A stretch of DNA of 61,019 nucleotides, the filler included, from Porpidia crustulata (taxonomy: Eukaryota): the NCBI GenBank assembly GCA_964255105.1. It is 4 parts of 4 records of this genome, joined end to end, with 100 filler letters (N's around TTAATTAATTAA, not from the genome) between each part and the next. Parts side by side here need not be neighbours in the genome. Positions count along the whole stretch, not along the records: positions 15,321 to 30,521 come from CAXUWE010000331.1; positions 30,622 to 45,773 come from CAXUWE010000333.1; 2 more parts are not named here. The stretch is one strand, 5' to 3'. Positions 21,824-33,223 of the stretch are shown here, one piece after another (positions within the stretch are counted from its first letter, which is position 1; every line of letters starts with the position of its first letter). Position numbers and translations under genes: made by a program. Under the pieces are notes generated by a model that saw only the letters and a list, made by a program, of their open reading frames with translations, ran no database searches and was not told the origin of the DNA.

Positions 21824-24486
21824 TTAAATTTCGTCGACTTCGTCCTCAACTGTGACCACCTTACCTTTGCCCTTGGCTTGCGGGTTGTCATCGACTGAAG
21901 TTGGGTCAGCTCTATTTGACGACAATTCCTCGTCAGCAGCCCTAGTTTCCCCGCTCCATTCGTCTTGCTTGCTCTCTTGGCTAGCGCTGAGTCCCCTAAG
22001 GTTTGAGCGCCACGCAGGGAGCGTATGCGATTGACCATGTTCGAAGCTACCATCATGGATTGAGATTGGCATCTGCATCCCAAGCTCTGCTTGCTCACAG
22101 CCAGTACTGTGGTCTGCCTGTGTCTCATTCATACGCTGTCTTTCGCTGTGTGTCATTGGTGAAGACGACAGTAGGGCTCTCGGTGATTGATTTATGTCAC
22201 CGTGAACAGAGGCTGCCACCAGGCGTGCTGACTCCTGATCGGCCATTCCGGGTGTTGCCTGCGGATCATGCAATTCCGCTGTACTTTGGCCAGGATCTAA
22301 ACCTCTAGGTTGAGATTGTATTACCGGTGAGGCGTCGCTACGATCAAGCGAATGAGGGTCTAGTCCGGAGCTAAGAGCAAGGTTCGCAGGGGAGACCCTG
22401 AGATTTGCAACGCTGGGTAGCCTTTGTAGTGGCAAGATTGACCAACCATCCGGGATGGCCAAGCCAGAGGGCAAGTCTCGATTTCGAGACCCCAAGGCTT
22501 GCTGTGGTTGGCTGGTCGAAAAAATATGAGGGGTGTGCAACGGCTGCGACCCCTGCATAATGTTCTCTTGGGGCCGATATGGGGTTGGCGTAGATACACC
22601 TGTGCTGATTGAAGCTCCTGGGTTTGCTTCTACTGCACGAAGCCTGGCCAGTTCACTTTGCAGGGCTCGCACCAGGAAAAGCTGATCTGCCGGTAGTCGG
22701 AGTACGCTGAGCTCCCGCATCAACTGTTGTTCAATAAGCTGCAATTGCAATGGTACATCCATTGGATTGGAATTTGCAATGGCTGGCTGATTTGTAGGAG
22801 TTTGTCGAAGAAACCCAATGGCGTTGCCAAACCTTTGAAAGTCTCTCACTGCAGGAATACGTGCCTGCAGATTAGGCTGAGGCGGTTGGGTGTTTCCTTG
22901 GTTCGCAAGGTTTTGGTCCGCGTGTCTAGCGCCGAATGCCAAACGAAAGGGGCCGAACTGAAAGACGTTCTGTGCCACAACAGGCTGCTGAGCTTCCCCG
23001 TGACCGGCGGCAGGAGCCTGCGGCTGCTCCGGGTTTATTCGTGCTAAGTCGTCCTGGTTCAGGGGTGTTGCCCCTGGATTTAGACCCTGCGTACTTGAGA
23101 CAAGTACGGGTCTTCGACATGTAGGGCAATTCTGCTGGCGCTCTAGCCAGCTGCGTAGGCAAACAAAATGGAGAACATGACCACATGGTAGCTTTTTGGG
23201 TCTCAAGCGCTCATCAATAGCATTGCCTGCTGGTGGACTTCCTTGGTCTTGTGCTTGTGGCCAAGGCCGCATGTCTTCTCGACAGATGATACATACGTCT
23301 TCGCGAGCTACCTCGTCCACTGTAGCGTCTGGATATCGTGCGTTCATGTCTCTGGTTGCTTGACGATATCGCAAGAAATCATTGATGCGTTTGTAGAAGG
23401 ACCTGACCGTCAAAGCGACGTCGCGGATAATGTGTATGGGCATGCCATAGAACATGCAAAGTACACAGAAGAAACTGAGGTACAGAACGAGCTTCAAAAA
23501 ATCTAGGAGACATAGTCAGTATGAACACTCTGGAAACATTATCTGCATAGGTGGCACCTGTGGTAAGATCTAGGTAGAAGATCCAACGGCCCTTCTCCTC
23601 CCAGCCAGGAACGTCGATATCCATCAATTCGATGTCGTCATGGGCACGCATAGCATCAACAGACGGCATACTGGAGGAAGGCACTGCTGTATCTAGCTGT
23701 TGCTGACTCTGGTCTCGGTCCCGTCTCATCTGAATACGACGTGAGCTTGTTTGTTGTTTGATGATAGCGGCTTCATGAAGTGAAATGGAATAGCGAGCAG
23801 CAGTTGAGAGTGATGTGACCGTAAGAACAGCAAATTCAAACGCAAACATAACCATCATGTTGGGTCGCGCTTGAAGCAGAACAGTCTGAATAGAGTATCG
23901 AAGCATATACATATCGAATAACGTTGATATGGCCAGGGAGAATGAGAGACGGGCATGAAACAAACGAGGATTTGCCGGCGGCTGCTGCTCCAGAATATCG
24001 ACGCGGCCCTCCCCAATCCAGCCCCAGACTTTACCGATCAATAGACAGACAAACATCACGAGAAACCATCCTCCAACTTCTTCCCTGAAGATGGTCATGG
24101 CGAGGCAGGTCTCAGTAATGGCAAACCACGCCTTTTCGTAGAGCTGTTCCACCTCTATAGGACGTAGAGGGCCGTAGAGTAATCTTTGAAAAGCGAGCAT
24201 CATGGTACAGACCCCAAGGAGCCCAAGGTTGGTGAGAATCTAGGCCATGTCAGTGGAATAGACCAACGTCTACCTAGAATTGGATGTTACCATCAAACAC
24301 GCATTACTCTGTGCTAAGTACACACAAGCGGAGTAGAAATTCGCTCTTTGATGTACAGCGCGAATGATGACTCCAGTCGCCAGGACCATCGAGGTCTGCC
24401 AAAGCATGGGTAAGATGTTAGTGATAGCTCTCATGTGCATTGAAGGATGAGGAATAGATTACCCCGGCGTAAGCATAGTATCTCAT
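21824..24486 (-). CDS. HRD1: ERAD E3 ubiquitin ligase Hrd1
   Basis: MRYYAYAG start; [36 protein letters not shown]2 CIICREDM...[26 protein letters not shown]. Confidence 0.95.
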
Positions 24487-24778
24487 CCTCTATAGACTAC
24501 GCAATATTCTACTTCATTGAGGTGCTCGTTAGCGCATGCTTATGATCACCGTACTGGAACAGCAGGTGCTTGGAGGATGAAGCTCAACTAAAGGAAACAG
24601 CCACATATGCGCAAGGCTTCTCTCATGGTGCAGTGGACAAGGGCTCGATTACTAAGTGTCACTTGAGCTGGCATCTTGACATACGCCAATAAGCGAAGAC
24701 CTAGCGACTCTTATCCAAACCCCGTTGACATTCAGATTGTTGATTCAGTAAGATCTGCCAAGCCGTCCCTTCTCTGAA

Positions 24779-26565
24779 ATGCTCACTGCCAGTCGATCGC
24801 AAGCCGCTACCTACCTTTTAGGCGTCTGCCTCTTCTCCATTTCGTTCTTGGTTTTCCTCAATTCCTCAATTTCTTTCGTAGTTACAGATTTGATAGGAGA
24901 AAAGCATGGAGTTGGGAACGTCGTTGGGACTTTGGGCTTCGCCGATGAGCTCGTCGTACTTATCGCGTGTCCCGTATGGGGCATGATTTCTGATCGATGG
25001 CTTGGGGTTCGGCTTGTGACCATCACCTACACTCTGCGATAGAAAATTTCTGATTAGCCATGTAGGTTTGCGTTTTGGGCTATGCAATTGTCGGATTGGC
25101 CTTGATGCTATCTGTTCAGGCGAAAAATGTCTACCCACAGCTATTACTCACGCGCCTACTCTTCAGTCTTGGAGGGGCGGCTACGTCGACCATGGTCACC
25201 GCAATTCTTCCCTCGATGACTACACCTCGCAAGAATGAAATCAGAATCTCGTCCCCCGGAGCTCTCCAGCAAACTTATGGCCAGACCGTCTTGCCCTCTG
25301 TATCTCCAGAGCGCTTAATCGCTCCGCAAAAACCGAACCGGCATGGATCTCAATCACTGTCCAAGGCACAATTTGCGCCACCAATTTCTTCTCCAACACG
25401 TCTCGCAGGTCTCGTGGGCTTGTTTACTGGTTGTGGTGCGCTCATAGCATTGGGCCTTTTTCTGCCCCTACCAGTCCGGTTCCAGAAAGCTGGCGTCGGA
25501 CCTGGTCAAGCAGTAGCCGACGCCTACTACGTAGTAGGGACTATAGCGCTGGTGATATCAGTAGCATGCTATTATGGCTTGCGGAGTCTCCTTGGCGAGG
25601 AAAACAAAGGCTGGCGTGCCATCTTCAGGGGTCGGACCACTGACGATACAAGTCCTCACACGATAAGAGGTCTTTCTTTCCCGGGCTTGCTACTCGAAGC
25701 TGTCACACTTGGCTTCAAGGATCCTCTGTTAGGGTTAGGCTATGTCGGTGGGTTTGTCGCTCGCGCATCATCTGTCGGAATATCCCTTTTCATTCCATTG
25801 TTCGTCAATGCATACTTTATGTCATCGGGGCTTTGCGATGATTTTGATGGGGGGACGGAAGACGAGAAAAAGCGATGTCGAGGCGCCTATATACTTGCTG
25901 CCGAGCTTACTGGTGCGTCTCAGCTTGTGGCACTCGTATTTGCACCAGTATTTGGTTACTTGGGGGATCGATACCGCCGCCACAATATCCCACTTCTGGT
26001 TGCAGCGCTGGCAGGTGTCGTAGGCTATTCGGCATTAGCCTTCCTGCGAAGTCCGGAGCCGACTGGGGCCCACGGCAGCCCGTGGATTTTCATCATCGTA
26101 GCGTTGCTAGGGATCAGCCAGATTGGTGCGATAGTCTGCAGTCTTGGTCTTGTGGGACGTGCTGTGCTGGATCAACCTCAGTTTGTTGAGCCAACTGAGT
26201 TTGCATGTACAGGCGAGAGCACCACCAATAGCTACGGTTCCACAAGACCCTTGACCAATGCGATCCCAAGTGTATTTACTTCAAGAAGCTCACATGACGA
26301 GGATATTGTCGATAATGAAGAAACACGGGCTTTACTTGAAGATAGGTCTATAACCGCAAACTCTCGCCAATCAATGAAAGGCTCTATAGCTGGCGTATAT
26401 TCTCTTGCCGGTGGATGCGGAATTCTACTACTCACCAAGTTAGGTGGTTTATTATTTGATAATATGTCGCCAGTGGCTCCTTTCTACATGCTTTCTGTGT
26501 TCAACCTTACACTCCTCACAGTAGGACTTGCCTATGGTATCTTGGCGGCCGTAAAGGATCGCTGA
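24779..26565 (+). CDS. MFS transporter (2 exons)
   Basis: About 12 hydrophobic segments; WGMISDRWLGVR and FGYLGDRYRR loop motifs; intron about 25016-25065. Confidence 0.88.
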
Positions 26566-28255
26566 ATTACCCCGAAAAGGCCAAGGTGGATCGCTATGCC
26601 CACCGGTCATCTTAAAGACATCAATATCATTTACGTGAATATCCCTTCATCTCTACACCGCTCAAAGAGTGCAAACTACGTTGCTAGCCCAGGGAGTCAG
26701 AGCAAAAAGTGTCATCCTCGAAATAGCGAAGGCCGTGTTCAGTGTGGCTTGCTGAATTCCCAGAGAAGCCAGATCCTCAGGAAGTGTTGTAACCTAGTGT
26801 CCCTACGTTAGTGTTGCAGCAAGGATCGGTGCCAGCGCGATTTCTCGTATGCAGCTGCTCTCATACTAGGTTAGCTTTGCCGTCCTTTACGGCATACCAT
26901 CGCCAGCCTGCGCCGTTGTGCGTCAGAGAGGGCAACATATCCTCAACTTTGGTTGCACTTTAGTTGGTCTAACGACAATAACATAGCCCGCGATACAATA
27001 CAAAATGAGTCTCGATATGGTGTACATGCGATATCTGACTCACCAAGGCTTCACACCCTCTCTGCTTTAAGCTGGCTTTTCTGAGGAAGTCTTTCGTTAT
27101 ACATCCAATGTCAGTGCAGCCTAACAGACCTCAGGATAGGGTGCGGGATCCTGTAAAAACCACAAGTTCCGTTGTAATTTCCGACCTTTAGCTTTTGCTA
27201 ACTGCTGTTATCCCTCGAGCGCGAAGCGATAGCGTAGTCAGGATTTCAATTATGCCCTTGTATTGAATGAATATTCATGTCTCTTTTGTTGCATGGCACA
27301 CCTAGGTTTTCTCATGCAAGACATCGAAAGCATCGATGCGGGAAGGGTTTGCTATATTGCAGGGATGTAAGTTTGCTTTTTTTGTAGTGCTAGATAAAGT
27401 TTCTCTGTGGATTTATCCATTTGTTTACCATCTGGACGTAGACCTAAGCCAGAAATCTGCGTATGAGATATCGCAAGAAGCCGCTTTCCCCTAGCGGTAT
27501 TTCATGAAATGGGGACTTGATTGAAGTTCCGCTGAGTAGCGAGGTGGATCAAGAAGCTCATCGAGCGAACAAACCAGTGGCTCAGTATCTATGGAACCCA
27601 TGTATTGGGGAGCACAGGAGGTCTGGGCCAATCATACAAAGAAGTTATCGTTATTGGGGTGTCCCAACTTTGTATCTCTTCGTCTTCATCTCAAATCCAA
27701 TCTCAACTTTTCGAATTACATTTATCAGCGATCCCAAATAAATTGCTATAAGAGCACGTAGACCCACAGGAATTCTAACTGCAAGCATCTGGGATACGGC
27801 TCGATTCTTGGTTATCTCAAGAGCAATTACGAAGTATCCTCGCTATATCTAGCCAGATATATGCGCTTGTCTGGATAGGATATCTCTACAACAGCTACCC
27901 GGATGTTCATATTCAACAAGACTCGATGAAGCACGAGTGTGCTAGTATAAAACGCTTAGTTTAATACAAGAACAGTTTGAAGGTTTACGTAGCGTGTCGG
28001 CCATGACTGCTGGTGGTTGTGGATGAAACGCAAAATTGATATTATCAAGCTGAAAGACAGAATTTGGCCATTGACAGCCGCTGCAAGATCCCTTTGCTCC
28101 TGAGCTCAGGTTTCACGTCGCACAGCTGCATTTTAGGCGCCATCGCTTGCATCGGTAGACCGGGCATTATGCTTGCCAAATTCCCATGGTACTGCGCCAT
28201 GTCTGCTTCACCGCTTTGACTTACTCCGCTCCCATTCGGCTTTGTGATATGAGAG

Positions 28256-29805
28256 ATGGGTTTCAGTGTCAGCCTACGGCCGCCAAGCTCGCCCTGTGCT
28301 TCTCACCTGGACTTCTGCAGGCTGGCGCGGGAAATGCTCACCGACCTCCCTAGACCAAGCGGAATTTTTCTCTCTCATATTGAAGCTTCACCTCGAGGCC
28401 AGCCTCTATCAACGAGTCTGACACCATATAGGCCTGTCATCTTCGAAGAAGCCCACCACCATCCCGTTGTCATCATGGAGCCAGCCCTTTGGACCTCGCA
28501 CAGGACGTTTTTTTCTCAGCCTGGCTCATCTTTTCCAAAATTGAACACAAAGCTATTCAACTTTCCCGAACTCAGCTTCGAGCTGCAGCGGATAATTTGC
28601 CAACGCGTTATAGATGGAGAGCATTCCCAAAATTATAGCGACTACTCTTCGCTCGTTGCAATTCTAGGGCTCGACGTTGCCAGCGATGCTTGCAAGAGTC
28701 CTCACACAACCCTGGCGTTGTGGCAGGTTTCCAGAAATCCGGAGCTTTTCCACAGTGGTGAATCCAGACCGATCACCCAGTCGATGTGGCGTGAAGCTCC
28801 ATGGGAGAATCACGCTTACCCTACGAGTTTGATCAGTCTCGATGACATATCGGCCTTTCACGGCGTCGATAGTTACGATAGCCCCGGGGATGATCATCCG
28901 TCCTTCACATTTCCTAAGGATCATATTCCTGTCACTAGACTCCGAAACGATGTGTTGAATTGTCCAGGATCTCAGCCCTCGGGATTTGGATGTCCAGACC
29001 AGGTTCCGTATGAATTTGATAGGGCTATTTCATCGCCGGCTGGGGGTGGCCCTCTGTACGAGAAATCAGTGTTATCGACAGGATATTGTTTATCACAATA
29101 TGCAGCTTCTACCCCAATCGATGCCTTCTCGAACATTGATTTCACTAATGACTTCAAACCATCATCTGAACGTGCGGCTACACTGCCCATAGATCTTTGC
29201 CCAACAAGTTCCACCGACCCCGTTAATTATACAACAAGCCCACTCTCGGTACGGGGGTCTGTGACCAGCGTGGATGAAGACCATCAAGTGCGTAGTCAAA
29301 GCCTTGCTATATCGGAGGTGCGGCGCCACGCCAAGGACGATTTCTTAGTGCGATCGAAGCGCTCTGGTATGTCCTACCGGGATATCCGATGTAAAGGCAA
29401 TTTCAAGGAAGCCGAGTCCACCTTACGTGGGAGATATCGCACTTTGACGAAATGTAGAGAGCAACGGGTCAGAAAGCCTCAATGGCACCCCAAAGATGTG
29501 AGTCTCCAGTCCTTGAATAGATTGTGCATTACATTTCATGCTTAACACCAATCTAGATTCAACTTCTACGCCGCGCTGTGAGCGACATTACTCTGGCGGG
29601 CAACACGGTCCCGCTTCGACAGACATCACTGGGTACTGATAGTACAGAGCGAATGGTGAAATCTTCGAAAATCTCTTGGAAGCAGGTCGCCGAGTATATC
29701 TCGCTCCATGATGGCACTTACCATTTTGGAAATGCGACATGCCGAAAGAAATGGGACGAGATCAATGGAAAAACCTTATCAAGAAAAAGTCGCTCCAGTA
29801 CTTAG
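28256..29805 (+). CDS. Fungal protein with C-terminal Myb/SANT-like region (start uncertain, possibly 28475)
   Basis: KDDFLVRSKRSGMSYRDIR..GNFKEAESTLRGRYRTLTK..RVRKPQW; intron 29498-29557; ISWKQVAEYI..GTYHFGNATCRKKWDE. Confidence 0.8.
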
Positions 29806-30521
29806 ATCTGGATGAGAGATTATTTTCCTCTTCTTTCTTCCCCACTGTTTGGATCTACAGTCCGCTGAACACGTTTTGGACTTCTGACGCGAACGAGAGT
29901 CCTTCTCTGCTTATACTCATCCCGAGCAGGGATGTTATTGAACGGCTTATCGTACGCAACGAGCTGGGGAGGTAAGGCATACAGACCATTATTCATTCCT
30001 TACACAAGATTTCTCCCTTAAGCAGGGTTGTTGGCGTGGTTATGCAAAATACCACCAGCTATTAACTCACCCAAGTTAACCACTACATCTAGTTATTAAT
30101 ATCGCTTCACTCTTGTAAAATAATCGTTGGCTCTTCATCCTAGAGTTCGGGCGCCACGACATAGTAGGCTTAGTGATTGATTCGAATTGTTCATCATTTT
30201 GGAGGCACGCGTAGATTGCTGGGAAAGGCTTTGCCCAGCGTGCTTCTGTACTGGCTTCGACCTATACCCGTATCCGGCATGCGATAGGTGTAGATGGAAA
30301 GCCGTAGTTGAGGTCAGGTCTCGGGGACTCGCGATTGGATATAAGGTTGTAATTATCTATAAGGTAGAGAGGTTAGAGGAATTAATGCACTTTGGTAAGC
30401 ACTGAAGGCGAACTGCAATAAGTAGGGAGGATCGGTACCTGGGCAAATTCCTTGTTCCAAGTGCAGTCGATTTTGGTGTCATGTCCACTAACGTGATCTA
30501 CCCCCTAGTTGGCCAAACCCT

Positions 30522-30621
30522 NNNNNNNNNNNNNNNNNNNNNNNNNNNNNNNNNNNNNNNNNNNNTTAATTAATTAANNNNNNNNNNNNNNNNNNNNNNN
30601 NNNNNNNNNNNNNNNNNNNNN
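30522..30621. other. Artificial assembly spacer
   Basis: N44-TTAATTAATTAA-N44. Confidence 0.98.
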
Positions 30622-32219
30622 CTATCGAACTTGACCGCGCAAGTCCGCTGCTGGGCCTCGAACCCCTCGGGCCGACCACCGGACTCGCAATCCCACCAGC
30701 TCTCGGGGTAATCGATTCGATCCTCATCGTCCCACGGTCCATCACCGCCGCCGCCATGTTCCTTGCCGGCGAGTGCGACGATGCACGCCACCTCCGCCTC
30801 GACCACTGTGACGGTTTTCTCAAACTCGACCCATTGCTTCAGCTCCAGCCGCATGCGGGATTGCTCGGCGCTGAGATACTCCAGCCCCACGTTCGTCCAG
30901 AGCTGTTTCCAGCGTCCGGTGCCGTCCCGGACGTACTCCGGGACCGATGTGGGCGTGCCCACCTTGACGGTCTCGAGCCCGCGCCAGCCGCCGGTCCAGT
31001 CAATCCCAGGTTCGACGCCCAGCGCCCGGATCCATTCGCCGCAGCCGGAGAGGTCGAGCCATTTGAGGCAAATTAGACTCCGGCTGAACCGCCGGAGTAT
31101 TGCCGCGGCCTCGCTGAGGTCGCTGTCGTTAAGGCTAGCGAAGTCACTGGCGGCATGGTTCACACCGCCGTGATGTGTGAGTACGTAGGAGGTGTTGAAG
31201 TAGAGTGTCTTATTCGGAATGGGCCAGTTCGCTAGCGAGAGGTGCGTGAGGGTCGTAAGGTGCGGTACGAATGTGAGTAATAGGTGCCAGGATCCCGAGG
31301 ATGGGCGGGCGAGGGAAAGGTGGGTTAATGATGCGAAGCGGGAAACTGTCAGGGAGGAAAAGAGAAATGGGCACTCCCAGCTATCTGGGACTTTATTACT
31401 TCCAGTCGAGGTTATGTCCCAGAATGGGTGGGTCTGTTTCGGGACAAAGAACTCTTTGAGCTCTCCTAGGGTGAGCGAATGGCCAATGGATGTGGCGAGA
31501 TCAAGGTGTGTCAGTCCTTCCGTCCCTGTTGCGTCTTGTAGCTCGCTGCCATCATAGAATAAAATTCTAAGGTCACAACGGGTGACACTTTGCGGATTGT
31601 AAAAGGCAATGTGGCTCAGAAGCGCTTGCTTGTATCGGATCGGCAGCGTGGCAAGGTATAATTGGTCGTGTTCAACATGCCACTTCCATCTCTGTGCCAT
31701 TACTTTCAACGTTTTGTGTACGAGAGAACGTTCGTCGGGCAGATATTGATCTGGTAGCCCTCCCAAACGATTCGCCCATTTAGGATCTTTCTCCATCTCA
31801 CGTATTCCTTGCTTCTCGTGTCGCAGTTTTGCTGGTGCGTGCATGCTGTCGTTCAGAAATCTACTTGAATTGATCCAGCTGCTGGGCGGTGGAGGTCCCG
31901 CTGGGCCCCTCCCACGTATCGCAAGGGCAGCACTCATGCCAGGTCGCGGTCTTGGTGGAGGGGAGGTTGGAAGTTGGAGGATTGAAATCAAAGATGGATG
32001 AACAGTTTGTGGGTTTAGAGACCCTTGCGAACGCTCTTTGGGAGATGGTTGCGCACGGCTTTTCCTATGATCCTGAATAAGCTGGTTGACCGATCTCTCC
32101 ATGCTTGGTTCTTTGGTAGTGAGTGAGTTTGATCCATGGTTGCTAGCCGATGGCGACAACGAGGGATGCACAGGCGTAGATGGTTTAGTATATTGCAGCG
32201 GTGCTCTCTTCTTGGGCAT
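30622..32219 (-). CDS. Conserved fungal hypothetical protein with LRR-like motifs; 3' end cut by the gap
   Basis: MPKKR..YTKP...VHPSL start; GPAGPPPPSSW; LTHLDL, LTHLSLA twice, LKWLDLSGC..W. Confidence 0.8.
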
Positions 32220-32422
32220 ATAGTGAAGCTTGAACAAGAAATGTTTATATCCTTCCTTGAGCAGTCTACGAGGGACGTTTTAGGCCTTAGGGTTGTTGTT
32301 TCTACCTAGTCGACGACTTGCCTCGCATGTGAATGGAATGTAATGGCAAGGGCCTCTTCTTATCTCCGGGTGCCAATTGGTAACCCCGCGGGGGTTCCGG
32401 CCTTGCCGCGCTTGGTATGCAG

Positions 32423-32448
32423 CCACGCAGTCACGCAGTCACGCAGTC
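32423..32448. repeat. Short tandem repeat (CACGCAGT)x3
   Basis: Directly visible about 200 bp upstream of the 32219 start codon. Confidence 0.8.
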
Positions 32449-32803
32449 TACTATAAGATACTTGGAAGAATTCGAATTGTCAATTGATGTATGATGTATC
32501 AAATATAGTTCTGGGCCAACTAGATACCTATGGACTAGCCTGCAGCAACTGTAAGATGTTCCGAGCCGTCTGCAGGTCGGTATCCTGACGCTCATCGCCG
32601 TACACCACATTGCATCCCAGACAATTCCTCCAACGCCTTAGCTAAAACCAATAGAATGAACATGCGAGGCAACGTTATCGGCCTGATCCAAAGAGTCCAA
32701 TCCCTTGCTGTCCCAAATGCCCTAATCGCACCATATCTTTCACAGAACGCTAGAGTAGTCGTGGTTTATGGACGGCTATCCGATTGACAAAGCTCACGCA
32801 AGT

Positions 32804-33223
32804 CTACCTCGGGAAGATGGAATTTCCCGGCTCGTGGGCCCAATTTGAGTCGAGACTTGACCCAGTGAGGCCTGAAGTACCTCCAGTCACACCTCCTAAA
32901 GCACCAGCCAGTGCCGCTTCGGGGGAACGTTTGGGGAGCAGTTGGTTTCCTGGCTCGTGGGCCCAATTCGAATCGAGGCTGGACCCAGTAAGGCCAGAGA
33001 TACCGCTGTCGCTGGCTGATCCAACAGATGCGCCTGGTAGAGTACCACCCAGTGACGCCTCAGGGGATCGTTTGTCAAAAAAGAGTTCTTTCCCGATCGC
33101 ACTCACAGCCCGCTTGACGTTGACAAGTTCGGCGATGCCGGCTCGGTTGATCGAGATTGGGAAGGCGAGGCAGGGTGCCAGAATGGAGAGGAAGGCAATA
33201 GTAAAGGTTGATGAAAGCTTCAT
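32804..33223 (-). CDS. Small secreted Kex2-processed repeat protein (KEP-type peptide precursor)
   Basis: Signal peptide MKLSSTFTIAFLSILAPCLA; three KR sites; two KR-SP-EA units each containing SGLTGSSLDSNWAHEPGN. Confidence 0.8.
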   Translation of the reverse strand: MKLSSTFTIAFLSILAPCLAFPISINRAGIAELVNVKRAVSAIGKELFFDKRSPEASLGGTLPGASVGSASDSGISGLTGSSLDSNWAHEPGNQLLPKRSPEAALAGALGGVTGGTSGLTGSSLDSNWAHEPGNSIFPR

